Source: Eledone cirrhosa
Lineage: Eukaryota
DNA: 64,000 nt
Reading direction: 5' to 3'
Assembly: GCA_964016885.1 (NCBI GenBank)
Contig: OZ024748.1
Span: 41,044,001-41,108,000 of the forward strand
The notes below the pieces were generated by a model. That model saw only the letters and a program-made list of their open reading frames with translations. It had not been told where the DNA came from and made no database searches. Positions 44,527 to 55,707 of the stretch are shown here, piece by piece. How positions within the stretch are numbered: position 1 is the first letter of the stretch; every line of letters starts with the position of its first letter. The translations under genes and the position numbers were made by a program.

Positions 44527-44852
44527 GATGATCTCATTGACAGTGGAGGTGGATATACTGAAAGTATGCTAGAGTGAGAACAGGGTGGAATAAGTTGAGG
44601 GAGTTGTTAATAGTGGTGGCAACAAAGAGGCTTCTCTGAGAGTTGAAGGGGAGATTTTATGATGCAGTTGTTCAAATTGCCATGACAGCATGACAACAAG
44701 GCATGGGAGTTGAATGTAGAAACTTTACAGTGGCTAAAAAGAAATGTGTGTAATGTTAATAATGTGTATGAAAGACAGAGCTTGAGTGAAGTGAAAGAAA
44801 AGTTATTGACATTGTTAATATGTTAGAGAAACATCACAGATTTATATCATAC

Positions 44853-45034
44853 CTGTGTACTAGCTGGCTGAGTCTTTTCCTGGAATAGCTTACGATTAAT
44901 ATACTCCATGCTACCATATAGAGCACAGCGGGCAGCCAGGCGAGACTTCTCTCCCCAATTTACACCATCAGCTATCAACATAATGGCATTGTTTTTACGG
45001 CAACAAATTGCAAAAGCATCAGCAATTGGATCAC
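44853..45034 (-). CDS. Internal exon (182 bp) of the PP2C-like gene
   Basis: tttcAG acceptor and GTATGA donor. Translates (G)[60 protein letters not shown], with the PP2C-type ADG motif. Phases 1/0 match both neighbouring exons. Confidence 0.92.
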
Positions 45035-45116
45035 CTGAAAGATATTACAAGGGAGGTAATTACAGATATTTTAACATGACTGTTCTAACAGAGTAAAATC
45101 TCAATGGAGGAAAGTA

Positions 45117-45397
45117 TTATTGTAGGTAATGGTTAACTAACATATTGTAGGGAGTGGTTAACTAACATATTATAGGTAATGGTTAACTAACATAATGTAG
45201 GTAATGGTTAACGTATTATAGGTAATGGTTAACTAACATATTATAGGTAATGGTTAACTAACATATTGTAGGTAATGGTTAACTAACATATTGTAGGGAG
45301 TGGTTAACTAACATATTGTAGGTAATGGTTAACTAACATAATGTAGGTAATGGTTAACATATTATAGGTAATGGTTAACTAACATATTGTAGGTAAC
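45117..45397. repeat. 25-bp minisatellite (AACATATTGTAGGTAATGGTTAACT), ~11 units
   Basis: Direct tandem repetition with a GTTAAC palindrome in each unit. Confidence 0.9.
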
Positions 45398-46021
45398 CAC
45401 ACACACAGTATGCTGTGTGTATGTGTGTGTGTGTGTTGTTATGGTGATGATGATGGTAATAAGGGGGAAGAACTTATCTGAAGAATAAGTCACAATTTAG
45501 ATGTTTACAGAAACTTTTGTTATTCTATTTTAAATATTTCCAATCAGTTGCAGACGGCAGCTTTAATCTCGTTAGTGTAAATTCATTAAGGCCGTTGGAT
45601 ATACACATTGATTCATCATATACTGTTGGCATATTGCCTTCTACTGAAGCTGCCAGAAGCTCTGTTTCTTTGTAATGTCGGTGAAGAATTATATTATATA
45701 ATTTTAATTTTAACTTCATTACTGAAACAGAAATAGATTGAAACAGGACAACCACAAAGTGTTTTGTTGTTTAAAGGGAGCCCAGAAAGGAAGTCTCTCC
45801 TTAAGAAAAATGGTTGGACCAATCAAATCAGATTTCAGTTTGTCAGAAAATCACAAATTATGGTACTAAAATATTGATACCATCACCATTATAATTTTAT
45901 GTTTGTTTTCTCATGCTGGTATTGGGCAGATGGGTCATTATACAATAACTCAGGACCTTTCCAGAGTTACTGTCCTGCTAGATGGGTTACATCTTACTTA
46001 AATACGTTCCATTTTTGTCTG

Positions 46022-46228
46022 TTTTTTTTATGGTTGGTTGCCTTTCTTGCTACAAACCCCTTTACAAAATGTACCGGGAGAGAACATTTTATTGTGACAC
46101 CAACACTAGAAATGTTGTCATGTCCTCGTTACCTTATTTTGGCATGGTTTCTATGGCTAGAAAACGTCCTTTATAATGCCAACTACTTTACAGAGTGTAC
46201 TGGGTGCATTTTATTATGGCATCAGCAC
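46022..46228 (-). mobile_element. Degenerate RTE 3'-UTR-like fragments
   Basis: TTTTTATGGTTGGTTGCCTTTCTTGCTACAAACCCCTTTACA resembles 55825-55870 in the 3' UTR of the RTE copy. Confidence 0.45.
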
Positions 46229-46404
46229 TAGAGACATTATCAAGACAAAAGGTATACAGTACACTTTAGATATAAATGTACATATATATATGATGCCATT
46301 GCATGGTACCTTTCTGTCATCATTGCCGAAGATCGGGGACCATGGACAAGATGGTATCTTCTACACAATCATGTGATAGTGTGGACATGTCTTGTGATGG
46401 TATT

Positions 46405-46680
46405 GACATGTTATATGATGGGTGTTGGACTTACGATCATAATGTGTTGGGTTCAATTCCTGGGCTGTATTGTATTTCTTGAGCAAAACACTTCATTTCA
46501 CAGTGCTCCAGTATATTCAGTTGAAAATGAGTACCAGCAGTAGCTGGGGGTTAATCCCTGCAATGGACTAGTGTCCTGACCAAGAGAAGACATACTCTCA
46601 GTTACTTAAGGCCAATGAAACTGGGATAAGCACCACAGCCTGATGAGCCTCTGGTCTTGAAACAGATTTTAAACTTTTTT
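46405..46680 (+). mobile_element. Degenerate tRNA-derived SINE
   Basis: B-box GGGTTCAATTCC. The core TCTTGAGCAAAACACTTCATTTCACAGTGCTCCAGT is similar to the 43896 SINE, and the element has a T-rich tail. Confidence 0.65.
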
Positions 46681-46912
46681 TCTTGGGAGTTTATTCTGAA
46701 AATGTTCACAATTAATAACTATGACAGGCTTTATATTAATAATGGAGTCTTTTGTCAAGGCAACGATTTACATCTGGATGCCCTTCCTGGTGATTTAACC
46801 CTTTCAGTAGTCGCGTAAGGATATGGAGCAACTATTCTAAACGAGACACACAGAGAAAGTACCACAAAATAAAGTATAAAATAGAAGTTAAATGTCTAAA
46901 GAGATAACTTAC

Positions 46913-47032
46913 CTGACATCTTCCCAAAAATAGGATGTTGGTCGTATAATGAGATGCACAAACCATAGGCTCTTTGGTCCTTCTTGTTCCATGACTGTGC
47001 ACCTGCAACCTTATGGAAGTTATCGTTACAAT
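46913..47032 (-). CDS. Internal exon (120 bp) of the PP2C-like gene; the most 5' exon found
   Basis: tttcAG acceptor and GTAAGT donor. Translates xCNDNFHKVAGAQSWNKKDQRAYGLCISLYDQHPIFGKMS(G) and joins in phase 1 to GDPIAD. Confidence 0.9.
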
Positions 47033-47244
47033 CTGAAATTAAATTATACAAATCATTTAATAGTTAAAGACTTCATTATTTCAAGCTTTCAAAATATGTT
47101 TAGAATGTCATAATGACAAAAAGAAAGGAGAAAATGGAAAAAGAGAGAAATGGAGGAGGGGGGTGGGGGGTTAAGCCTCCATTCTTGGCTGGGAGGTTTA
47201 CTTCAGTTGTGTCCCCTCAGAAACGATGGTGAAACAACTGTAGT

Positions 47245-50200
47245 AAACAGAACATGTTTACTGTAGTTATATACATTAACATTATATATTAAACAGGACA
47301 TGTTCACTGTAGTTTATATACACACAACATTAAACAGAACATGTTCACTGTAGTTTATATATACACAACATTAAACAGAACAGGTTCACTGTAGTTTATA
47401 TATACACAACATTAAACAGAACATGTTCACTATAGTTTATATATACACAACATTAAACAGAACATGTTCACTGTAGTTTATATATACACAACATTAAACA
47501 GAACATGTTCCCTATAGTTTATATATACACAACATTAAACAGAACATGTTCACTATAGTTTATATATACACAACATTAAACAGAACATGTTCACTGTAGT
47601 TTATATATACACAACATTAAATAGGACATGTTCACTATAGTTTATATATACACAACATTAAACAGAACATGTTCACTGTAGTTTATATATACACAACATT
47701 AAACAGAACATGTTCCCTATAGTTTATATATACACAACATTAAACAGAACATGTTCCCTATAGTTTATATATACACAACATTAAACAGAACATGTTCACT
47801 ATAGTTTATATATACACAACATTAAACAGAACATGTTCACTGTAGTTTATATATACACAACATTAAACAGAACATGTTCCCTATAGTTTATATATACACA
47901 ACATTAAACAGAACATGTTCACTATAGTTTATATATACACAACATTAAACAGAACATGTTCACTGTAGTTTATATATACACAACATTAAACAGAACATGT
48001 TCCCTATAGTTTATATATACACAACATTAAACAGAACATGTTCACTATAGTTTATATATACACAACATTAAACAGAACATGTTCACTGTAGTTTATATAT
48101 ACACAACATTAAACAGAACATGTTCCCTATAGTTTATATATACACAACATTAAACAGGACATGTTCACTATAGTTTATATATACACAACATTAAACAGAA
48201 CATGTTCACTATAGTTTATATATACACAACATTAAACAGAACATGTTCACTATAGTTTATATATACACAACATTAAACAGAACATGTTCACTATAGTTTA
48301 TATATACACAACATTAAACAGAACATGTTCACTGTAGTCTATATATACACAACATTAAACAGAACATGTTCACTGTAGTCTATATATACACAACATTAAA
48401 CAGAACATGTTCACTGTAGTTTATATATACACAACATTAAACAGAACATGTTCACTATAGTTTATATATACACAACATTAAACAGAACATGTTCACTATA
48501 GTTTATATATATACACAACATTAAACAGAACATGTTCACTATAGTTTATATATACACAACATTAAATAGGACATGTTCACTATAGTTTATATATACACAA
48601 CATTAAACAGAACATGTTCACTGTAGTTTATATATACACAACATTAAACAGAACATGTTCACTGTAGTTTATATATACACAACATTAAACAGAACATGTT
48701 CACTATAGTTTATATATACACAACATTAAACAGAACATGTTCACTATTGTTTATATATACACAACATTAAACAGAACATGTTCACTGTAGTTTATATATA
48801 CACAACGTTAAACAGAACATGTTCACTGTAGTTTATATATACACAACATTAAACAGAACATGTTCACTATAGTTTATATATACACAACATTAAACAGAAC
48901 ATGTTCACTGTAGTCTATATATACAAAACATTAAACAGAACATGTTCACTGTAGTTTATATATACACAACATTAAACAGAACATGTTCACTATAGTCTAT
49001 ATATACAAAACATTAAACAGAACATGTTCACTATAGTTTATATATACACAACATTAAACAGGACATGTTCACTATAGTTTATATATACACAACATTAAAC
49101 AGAACATGTTCACTGTAGTTTATATATACACAACATTAAACAGAACATGTTCACTATAGTCTATATATACACAACATTAAACAGAACATGTTCACTATAG
49201 TTTATATATACACAAAATTAAACAGAACATGTTCACTGTAGTTTATATATACACAATATTAAACAGAACATGTTCCCTATAGTTTATATATATACACAAC
49301 ATTAAACAGGACATGTTCACTGTAGTTTATATATACACAACATTAAACAGAACATGTTCACTGTAGTTTATATATACACAACATTAAACAGAACATGTTC
49401 ACTATAGTTTATATTTATACAACATTAAACAGAACATGTTCACTATAGTTTATATATACACAACATTAAACAGAACATGTTCACTATAGTTTATATATAC
49501 ACAACATTAAACAGAACATGTTCACTGTAGTTTATATATACACAACATTAAACAGAACATGTTCACTGTAGTTTATATATACACAACATTAAACAGAACA
49601 TGTTCACTATAGTTTATATATACACAACATTAAACAGGACATGTTCACTGTAGTTTATATATACACAATATTAAACAGAACATGTTCACTGTAGTTTATA
49701 TATACACAACATTAAACACATGTTCACTATAGTTTATATATACACATTAAACAGAACATGTTCACTATAGTTTATATATACACAACATGTTCACTGTAGT
49801 TTATATATACACAACATTAAACAGAATATGTTCACTATAGTTTATATATACACATTAAACAGAACATGTTCACTATAGTTTATATATACACAACATTAAA
49901 CAGAACATGTTCACTGTAGTTTATATATACACAATATTAAACAGGACATGTTCCCTATAGTTTATATATACACAACATTAAACAGAACATGTTCACTGTA
50001 GTTTATATATACACAATATTAAACAGGACATGTTCACTGTAGTTTATATATACACATTAAACAGAACATGTTCACCATAGTTTATATATACACAACATTA
50101 AACAGAACATGTTCACTGTAGTTTATATATACACAACATTAAACAGAACATGTTCACTGTAGTTTATATATACACATTAAACAGAACATGTTCACTATAG

Positions 50201-50882
50201 TTTATATATACACAACATTAAACAGAACATGTTCACTGTAGTTTATATATACACAATATTAAACAGGACATGTTCCCTATAGTTTATATAAACACAACAT
50301 TAAACAGAACATGTTCACTAGTTTATATATACACAACATTAAACAGAATATGTTCACTATAGTTTATATATACACAACCTTAAACAGAACATATTCACTG
50401 TAGTTTATATATACACAACATTAAACAGGACATGTTCACTGTAGTTTATATATACACAACATTAAACAGAACATATTCACTATAGTCTATATATACACAA
50501 CATTAAACAGAACATGTTCACTATAGTTTATATATACACAACATTAAACAGGACATGTTCACTGTAGTTTATATATACACAACATTAAACAGAACATATT
50601 CACTATAGTTTATATATACACAACATTAAACAGAACATGTTCACTATATTAAACAGGACATGTTCACTGTAGTTTATATATACACAACATTAAACAGAAC
50701 ATATTCACTGTAGTTTATATATACACAACATTAAACAGGACATGTTCACTGTAGTTTATATTTACCTAACATTAAACAGAACATGTTCACTATAGTTTAT
50801 ATATACACAACATTAAACAGGACATGTTCACTGTAGTTTATATTTACACAACATTATACATTAAATAGAACATGTTCACTAT
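47245..50882. repeat. 41-bp intronic minisatellite (TTAAACAGAACATGTTCACTGTAGTTTATATATACACAACA), ~85-90 units
   Basis: Period of 41 (47371, 47412). Highly homogeneous, and most units carry the palindrome GAACATGTTC. Confidence 0.97.
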
Positions 50883-52246
50883 ATTTCAAACCTCCATTTA
50901 ACATCTCTATTCAATATTTCTCTCTTCAGACACAACACTTCATACAACATAATTTTAATAAAATACAAATAATAATTTAATAGATGATGTTATTTTTCTT
51001 TCTTTTTTTTTTTTCAATAAAATTCAAAAGAGTTAGTTTTGTTGTTTTTATTTACATTTCTAGAAATTCCACCCAGAAGATAAACTAAATCAAGATATGT
51101 CATCTTAATTTTAAAAGAAGATACTGTGTTTTTGTTCTGCTTCTCTACAGATGTAAAAACATTTATTTAAATAATTATTTTATTTTTTGTCTCCCCCTTC
51201 CTTTTAGATACAAACAATTTCTATATTTTCTTTAACAACAATTTCCATTAAATGTGCCACATAAATGGTTATGCTATAAATGTGAACAGATGCCTTCACA
51301 GATTTGGCTCAAATTAATTTCATATTTATTTTAAAACCTAGCAAAGAAAAAAAATGATTAATTATGAGATATAAATGGAGCTAGTCTACATTTCTTCTTC
51401 TTCTTCTAATTAACATCTATATAATTTATAAAATGACTTTATGGTATTTGTTCTGGTTCTTCACATTCTGAGTTCCAAGGCTTAATGTCCTGATTTTTTA
51501 ATGGGGGAATTGTTTTTTTTTGTCTTTCATTCCCAACTAAGATGACCCAGAGCTGTTTAGTTAGACTCAGCCTGTTGTACAATGGAACCTGGGTCTGTTG
51601 ATGGAGAAAAAGTCACTGTATGTTGGGGCTCAGATGAACAACTTACTACTGCAGAATAGGAAGATTGTGATGTCATCTGGCCTTTTTCCATTGATTCAGA
51701 CTAACTCCACCAGTTTGAGCTGTGATTAAAAACTAGTGACAGCCAAACCACACTTAATGATCTCATTGAGAGAGAGAAGCATGCCAAGGGAGATAACTAG
51801 CATTGTGACAGCAGATGATGCAGAAATTATCTACTGTAGAATTACATGGGACATTTGGGTTACTCACCAATCTAAAAGGTTGAGCCCTGGGGAAACACTG
51901 GTACAGAGACAGTCATTGTTCAGTTTGATACCAGTTGACTATGGAGGGCCAGCCAGGCATTGCTGTGATTGGGAGGCTGAGCAGAAACATTTAAATATAT
52001 TTTTAATATCTATATATACACACACACACACACATATATATATATTTAATATACATATATATATAATACACAGACACACACACACATATACACACAGACA
52101 CACATATATATGATTTGGCAAGCTAATTAGAACACTGGATTAACCCCTTTACTTCCCTCTGAAGAAGAAGTATTATCTTGAAATATAAGGATTTTCAAAT
52201 AAATTTAAGGTAAAAGACTCAATACTTAGGGTAGTAGAGTGGGTAA

Positions 52247-52350
52247 TAGGAATGAGTAGGACCCCGACGGCTGAGCTCAAGCCGTTTTGACGTCCAGAAT
52301 TAGCCGTCGAAACGGCTTGAGCTCAGCCGTCGGGGTCCTACTCGTTCCTA
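52247..52350. repeat. GC-rich fold-back: 46-bp arms, 12-nt loop
   Basis: 52247-52292 is the reverse complement of 52305-52350 with two mismatches. Confidence 0.92.
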
Positions 52351-52490
52351 TATATATATATATATTTAATATACATACATATATATATATATTTAATATA
52401 CATACATATATATATATATATATATTTAATATACATACATATATATATATATATATTTAATATACATACATACATATATATATATTTAAT

Positions 52491-52529
<39 letters not shown>

Positions 52530-52611
52530 ATATACATACATATATATATATATATTTAATATACATACATATATATATATACACACATTTATATATATAT
52601 ATATATATATA

Positions 52612-53022
52612 TATTGTTATACTTTGGGAGGGTCATGTTGCCAATAAGAAACACACGCACCAGTTGCTTTCAGTTCAATTTATTATAAACAAATATAAAC
52701 AAATATAAACACACACAGACACCTGGATGTGGCGCATGTGCAGACTGAGCACACAACACACACACAAAAACAAGATGGCGTAGGACAGAACAAAGGAGAG
52801 GCACAAAAACAAAGAAAAGAATCCCAGTCACTGAAGAGGTCACAGAATGTGTGACGAAATAACTTTGACAATATATAAACAACCATCTGGTTGTGGAACC
52901 AACCAACCAACCGGAAATTTATAAATTCGTAAATTTATAAATTTATTATAATAAATTGAAGTGAAAGCAACTGGTGCGTGTGTTTCTTATTGGCAACATG
53001 ACCCTCCCAAAGTATAACAATA
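52612..53022 (+). mobile_element. Penelope-like element terminal (pLTR) remnant with an inverted ~75-bp copy of its 3' end
   Basis: Arms 52612-~52688 and ~52945-53022 are inverted. The body is the reverse complement of 63410-~63750, which lies downstream of a GIY-YIG-like C-terminus. Contains a hammerhead-like motif. Confidence 0.75.
52827..52869 (+). ncRNA. Candidate minimal type-I hammerhead ribozyme
   Basis: GTCA-CTGAAGA-G-GTCACA(GAATG)TGTGAC-GAAA-TAAC-TT-TGAC. Stem I is GTCA/TGAC and stem II is 6 bp. There is one extra G before stem II and the stem III loop is not palindromic. Confidence 0.6.
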
Positions 53023-53725
53023 TCGGTTTCAACATACGTTTTCAGATAAAGAATCTTGCTAAACAAATTCAGAAACGATATATATATATATATATACATT
53101 TAATATACATACATATATATATATTTAATATACATATATATATATATATATATTTAATATACATACATATATATATATATATTTAATATACATACATATA
53201 TATATATATATTTAAAATACATACATATATATATACACACACACATATATATATATATATATACACACATATATATATATATATATATTTAATATACATA
53301 CATATATATATATATTTAATATACATACATATATATATATATTTAATATACATATATATATATACACACACACACACACATATATATATATTTAATATAC
53401 ATACATACATACATATATAAATACACATTTATATATATATTTACCAACCTTCCAGGGGTCCGGGTAAATTTTCAATCACAGATATTTTTTATTTGTTTGA
53501 CCCGAATTACTTGATCGTTTTTTTGGCTATGCGAATGATTGTTTAACCATCGTCTCAGTGTGTTTGGCCTTTAACGTTTGTTATAGCTCTGGTTCATCTG
53601 AATCATTGAGCACTTGCCTCACATCTCGGAGGTTGTTTTTTGTTATTTCGTGGGCCGAAATGCAATTCTCGATAATTTATATTTGTATATATATATATAT
53701 ATATATTTAATATACATACATATAT

Positions 53726-53759
<34 letters not shown>

Positions 53760-53891
53760 TTAATATACATATATACATATACACACACACACATTTATAT
53801 ATATATATACACACACACATACATATTTAATATACATATATATACACACACACACATATATATATATACACACACACATATATATATATAT

Positions 53892-53940
<49 letters not shown>

Positions 53941-54856
53941 TATATATATATATACACACATATATATATATATATACACACATATATTTATATATACACA
54001 CACATATATATATACACTCACACACATATATATATACACACATATATATATATACACACATATATATACACACACACACACACACACATATATATTTAAT
54101 ATACATACATATACATATATATATATACACACACACACATTTAATATACATACATATACATATATATACACACACATATATATATATATAGTGGACTGGG
54201 TACATACTATTGTGAGATCAGTAGTTTGAGAAACTGAATGCTAATCATGAAAAGCAATGAAGATCCCATGATTGGAACAATTCCTGCTCTTTGGAAGGTG
54301 TTTGGATGTAGAAGTTGGGGATAGAGTGTTAAACTTCACCTGTTAGACATTACTGTCAGGTAAATAAAGGTGTGCATATCTGGATGATTAACAAAGAGTT
54401 TATACAAGTTAAAGCAGGTTTTAGTTAGGAATGGAGTATGTTAGGGTGGGGGTTATTATTAATGAAACTAAAGAGAGCGGGGAGGTAAAAGAGAGTCTGC
54501 TGTGGAGAGAAGAATGTGTAGTATTTAGGAATATTAGAGAGGGTGGGTGGAGGGTGAGAGTGGAGGGGAGAGTGAAAGATGTGGAAGGGTGAGAGAGGGT
54601 GAGAGTGGATGGAAAATGGAGGGGAAGGTGAGAGGGGGGAAGAGAGAGAAGTAGATAGATAGAGAGAAGATAGAATGGTAATATGGAGGAGGGGCGGGGG
54701 GAGCTGTAGCTTGAGTGTGTGTGTGTGTGAGAAACAGATGTGTGAGAGAAGGCGGATAAAAGGGTGAGTGTATATATATATATATATATACCAACACACA
54801 CAAACATATGTATGTATGTGTGTATATATATATATCTATATATATATATATATATA

Positions 54857-55403
54857 GAAATGAAGTAACAGGAGGCTGGACTGGTGTAAATCCTTGAAAG
54901 GTTTATTATGATCATTTCAATGACCGGGTTCCATATGAATCCGGTGATATCATCAGGTATTGGAATATAACAAAGGAATATGTAAAAAACCATGGGTCCG
55001 AAAAATCAGAGACAGAGACAAAGAGGACGACTGACCAACTAGCTGCTTTTATCTCGGCCAGTCGCCCTCAAAGTGGTGGCAACTGAATCTACTATGACCA
55101 TCTGGTGAGGGGGCGAAGGCTTATAATGCACTACCATATATATATTTTTCTTCTTTCTTCCACTTTTTCTTTGACGGAGAGGTGGTAGTGCATTATAAGC
55201 CTTCACCCCCTAGCAGCTAGTTGGTCAGTCGTCCTCTCTGACTTTGTCTCTGATTTTTCAGACTCGTGGTTTTTTACATATTCCTTTGTTATATTCCAAT
55301 ACCTGATGATATCACCAGATTCATATGGAACCCAGTCATTGAAATGATCATAGTATAATAAACCTTTCAAGGATTTATACCAGTCCAGCCTGCTGTTATT
55401 TTA
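54857..55403. mobile_element. Fold-back element with ~220-bp paired arms (54857-55136 vs 55183-55403); probable inverted Penelope pLTR
   Basis: The arms are reverse complements with scattered substitutions and an extra ~60 nt in the left arm. Each arm contains a hammerhead core, and the element sits among TA tracts. Confidence 0.75.
55299..55356 (+). ncRNA. Candidate type-I hammerhead ribozyme (mirror copy on the - strand at 54907-54960)
   Basis: ATAC-CTGATGA-[TATC ACCAGATTC ATATG GAACCCAGT CATT]-GAAA-TGATCA-TA-GTAT followed by AATAAA. Stem III is the palindrome TGATCA. The first stem II pair is T/T rather than the usual G-C. Confidence 0.55.
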
Positions 55404-55707
55404 TTTTATTTTATTTATAATTAACTCCGTATTCGCACCACCAACTACACAAACGAAGATGGGTGAACTGCACTACGTTGAGTACTCTCCACAATATTAC
55501 ACCAAGATTGACCATATGGAATGACCAATTCTATCCAGTGGTGAACCAGCAAACCTAAAGAAATATATATATATCTATATATATAAATATATATCTATAT
55601 CTATCTATATATATATAAATATATATCTATATCTATCTATATATATATAAATATATATCTATATCTATCTATATATATATAAATATATATCTATATCTAT
55701 CTATATA

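Larger units (their letters stand above)
43625..44815 (+). mobile_element. Old degenerate RTE LINE remnant, interrupted by a DNA transposon and a SINE
   Basis: Fragments translate to IQCTLYKVWTHKRCG, CSDGSLEIIESLYY and LDDLIDSGGGYTES. These parallel ILCPKCKVWVHKRCSG...CAEGSIEIVDSFRYLGDKISSGGGCSES of the younger RTE at 56-57 kb. Confidence 0.7.
52351..54190. repeat. Compound (TA)n/(CA)n/TTTAATATACATAC microsatellite field interrupted by short inserts
   Basis: Seen directly. It is the source of the YI/CV-repeat pseudo-ORFs. Confidence 0.9.

Noticed and set aside
45525-45755. 76-aa minus-strand ORF inside the gene
   Set aside because: The flanking exons already join in phase at MSG/DPIAD, and the ORF has no recognisable motif.
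46635-46672. CTGATGA...GAAA motif at the SINE tail
   Set aside because: No convincing stem I or stem II, so it was not counted as a hammerhead.
47245-50882. CRISPR-like array (regular repeat with a palindrome)
   Set aside because: There are no unique spacers and the units are contiguous. The context is eukaryotic with no cas genes. The same applies to the 20-, 25- and 32-bp arrays.
51555-51730. Possible upstream exon (GTAAGT donor-like site at 51646)
   Set aside because: It would give phase 0 from the nearby ATG whereas phase 1 is needed. There is no recognisable family motif.
52615-53019. Solo LTR because of TGT...ACA termini
   Set aside because: The termini are part of a ~75-bp inversion, there is no 4-6 bp TSD, and the paralogue is linked to a GIY-YIG remnant.
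53021-53050. Minus-strand CTGAAAA-CGTATGTT-GAAA-CCGA-TA
   Set aside because: The core is mutated and there is no stem I. It may be a decayed hammerhead but cannot be supported.
53440-53680. Unique insert with a KQPP motif reminiscent of Penelope RT C-terminus
   Set aside because: Too short and frame-disrupted to call. It needs a BLAST search.
52974-54993. Many YI/CV/SHP-rich ORFs (also at 61.1-62.9 kb)
   Set aside because: They are stop-poor frames of TA/CA/GA low-complexity tracts.
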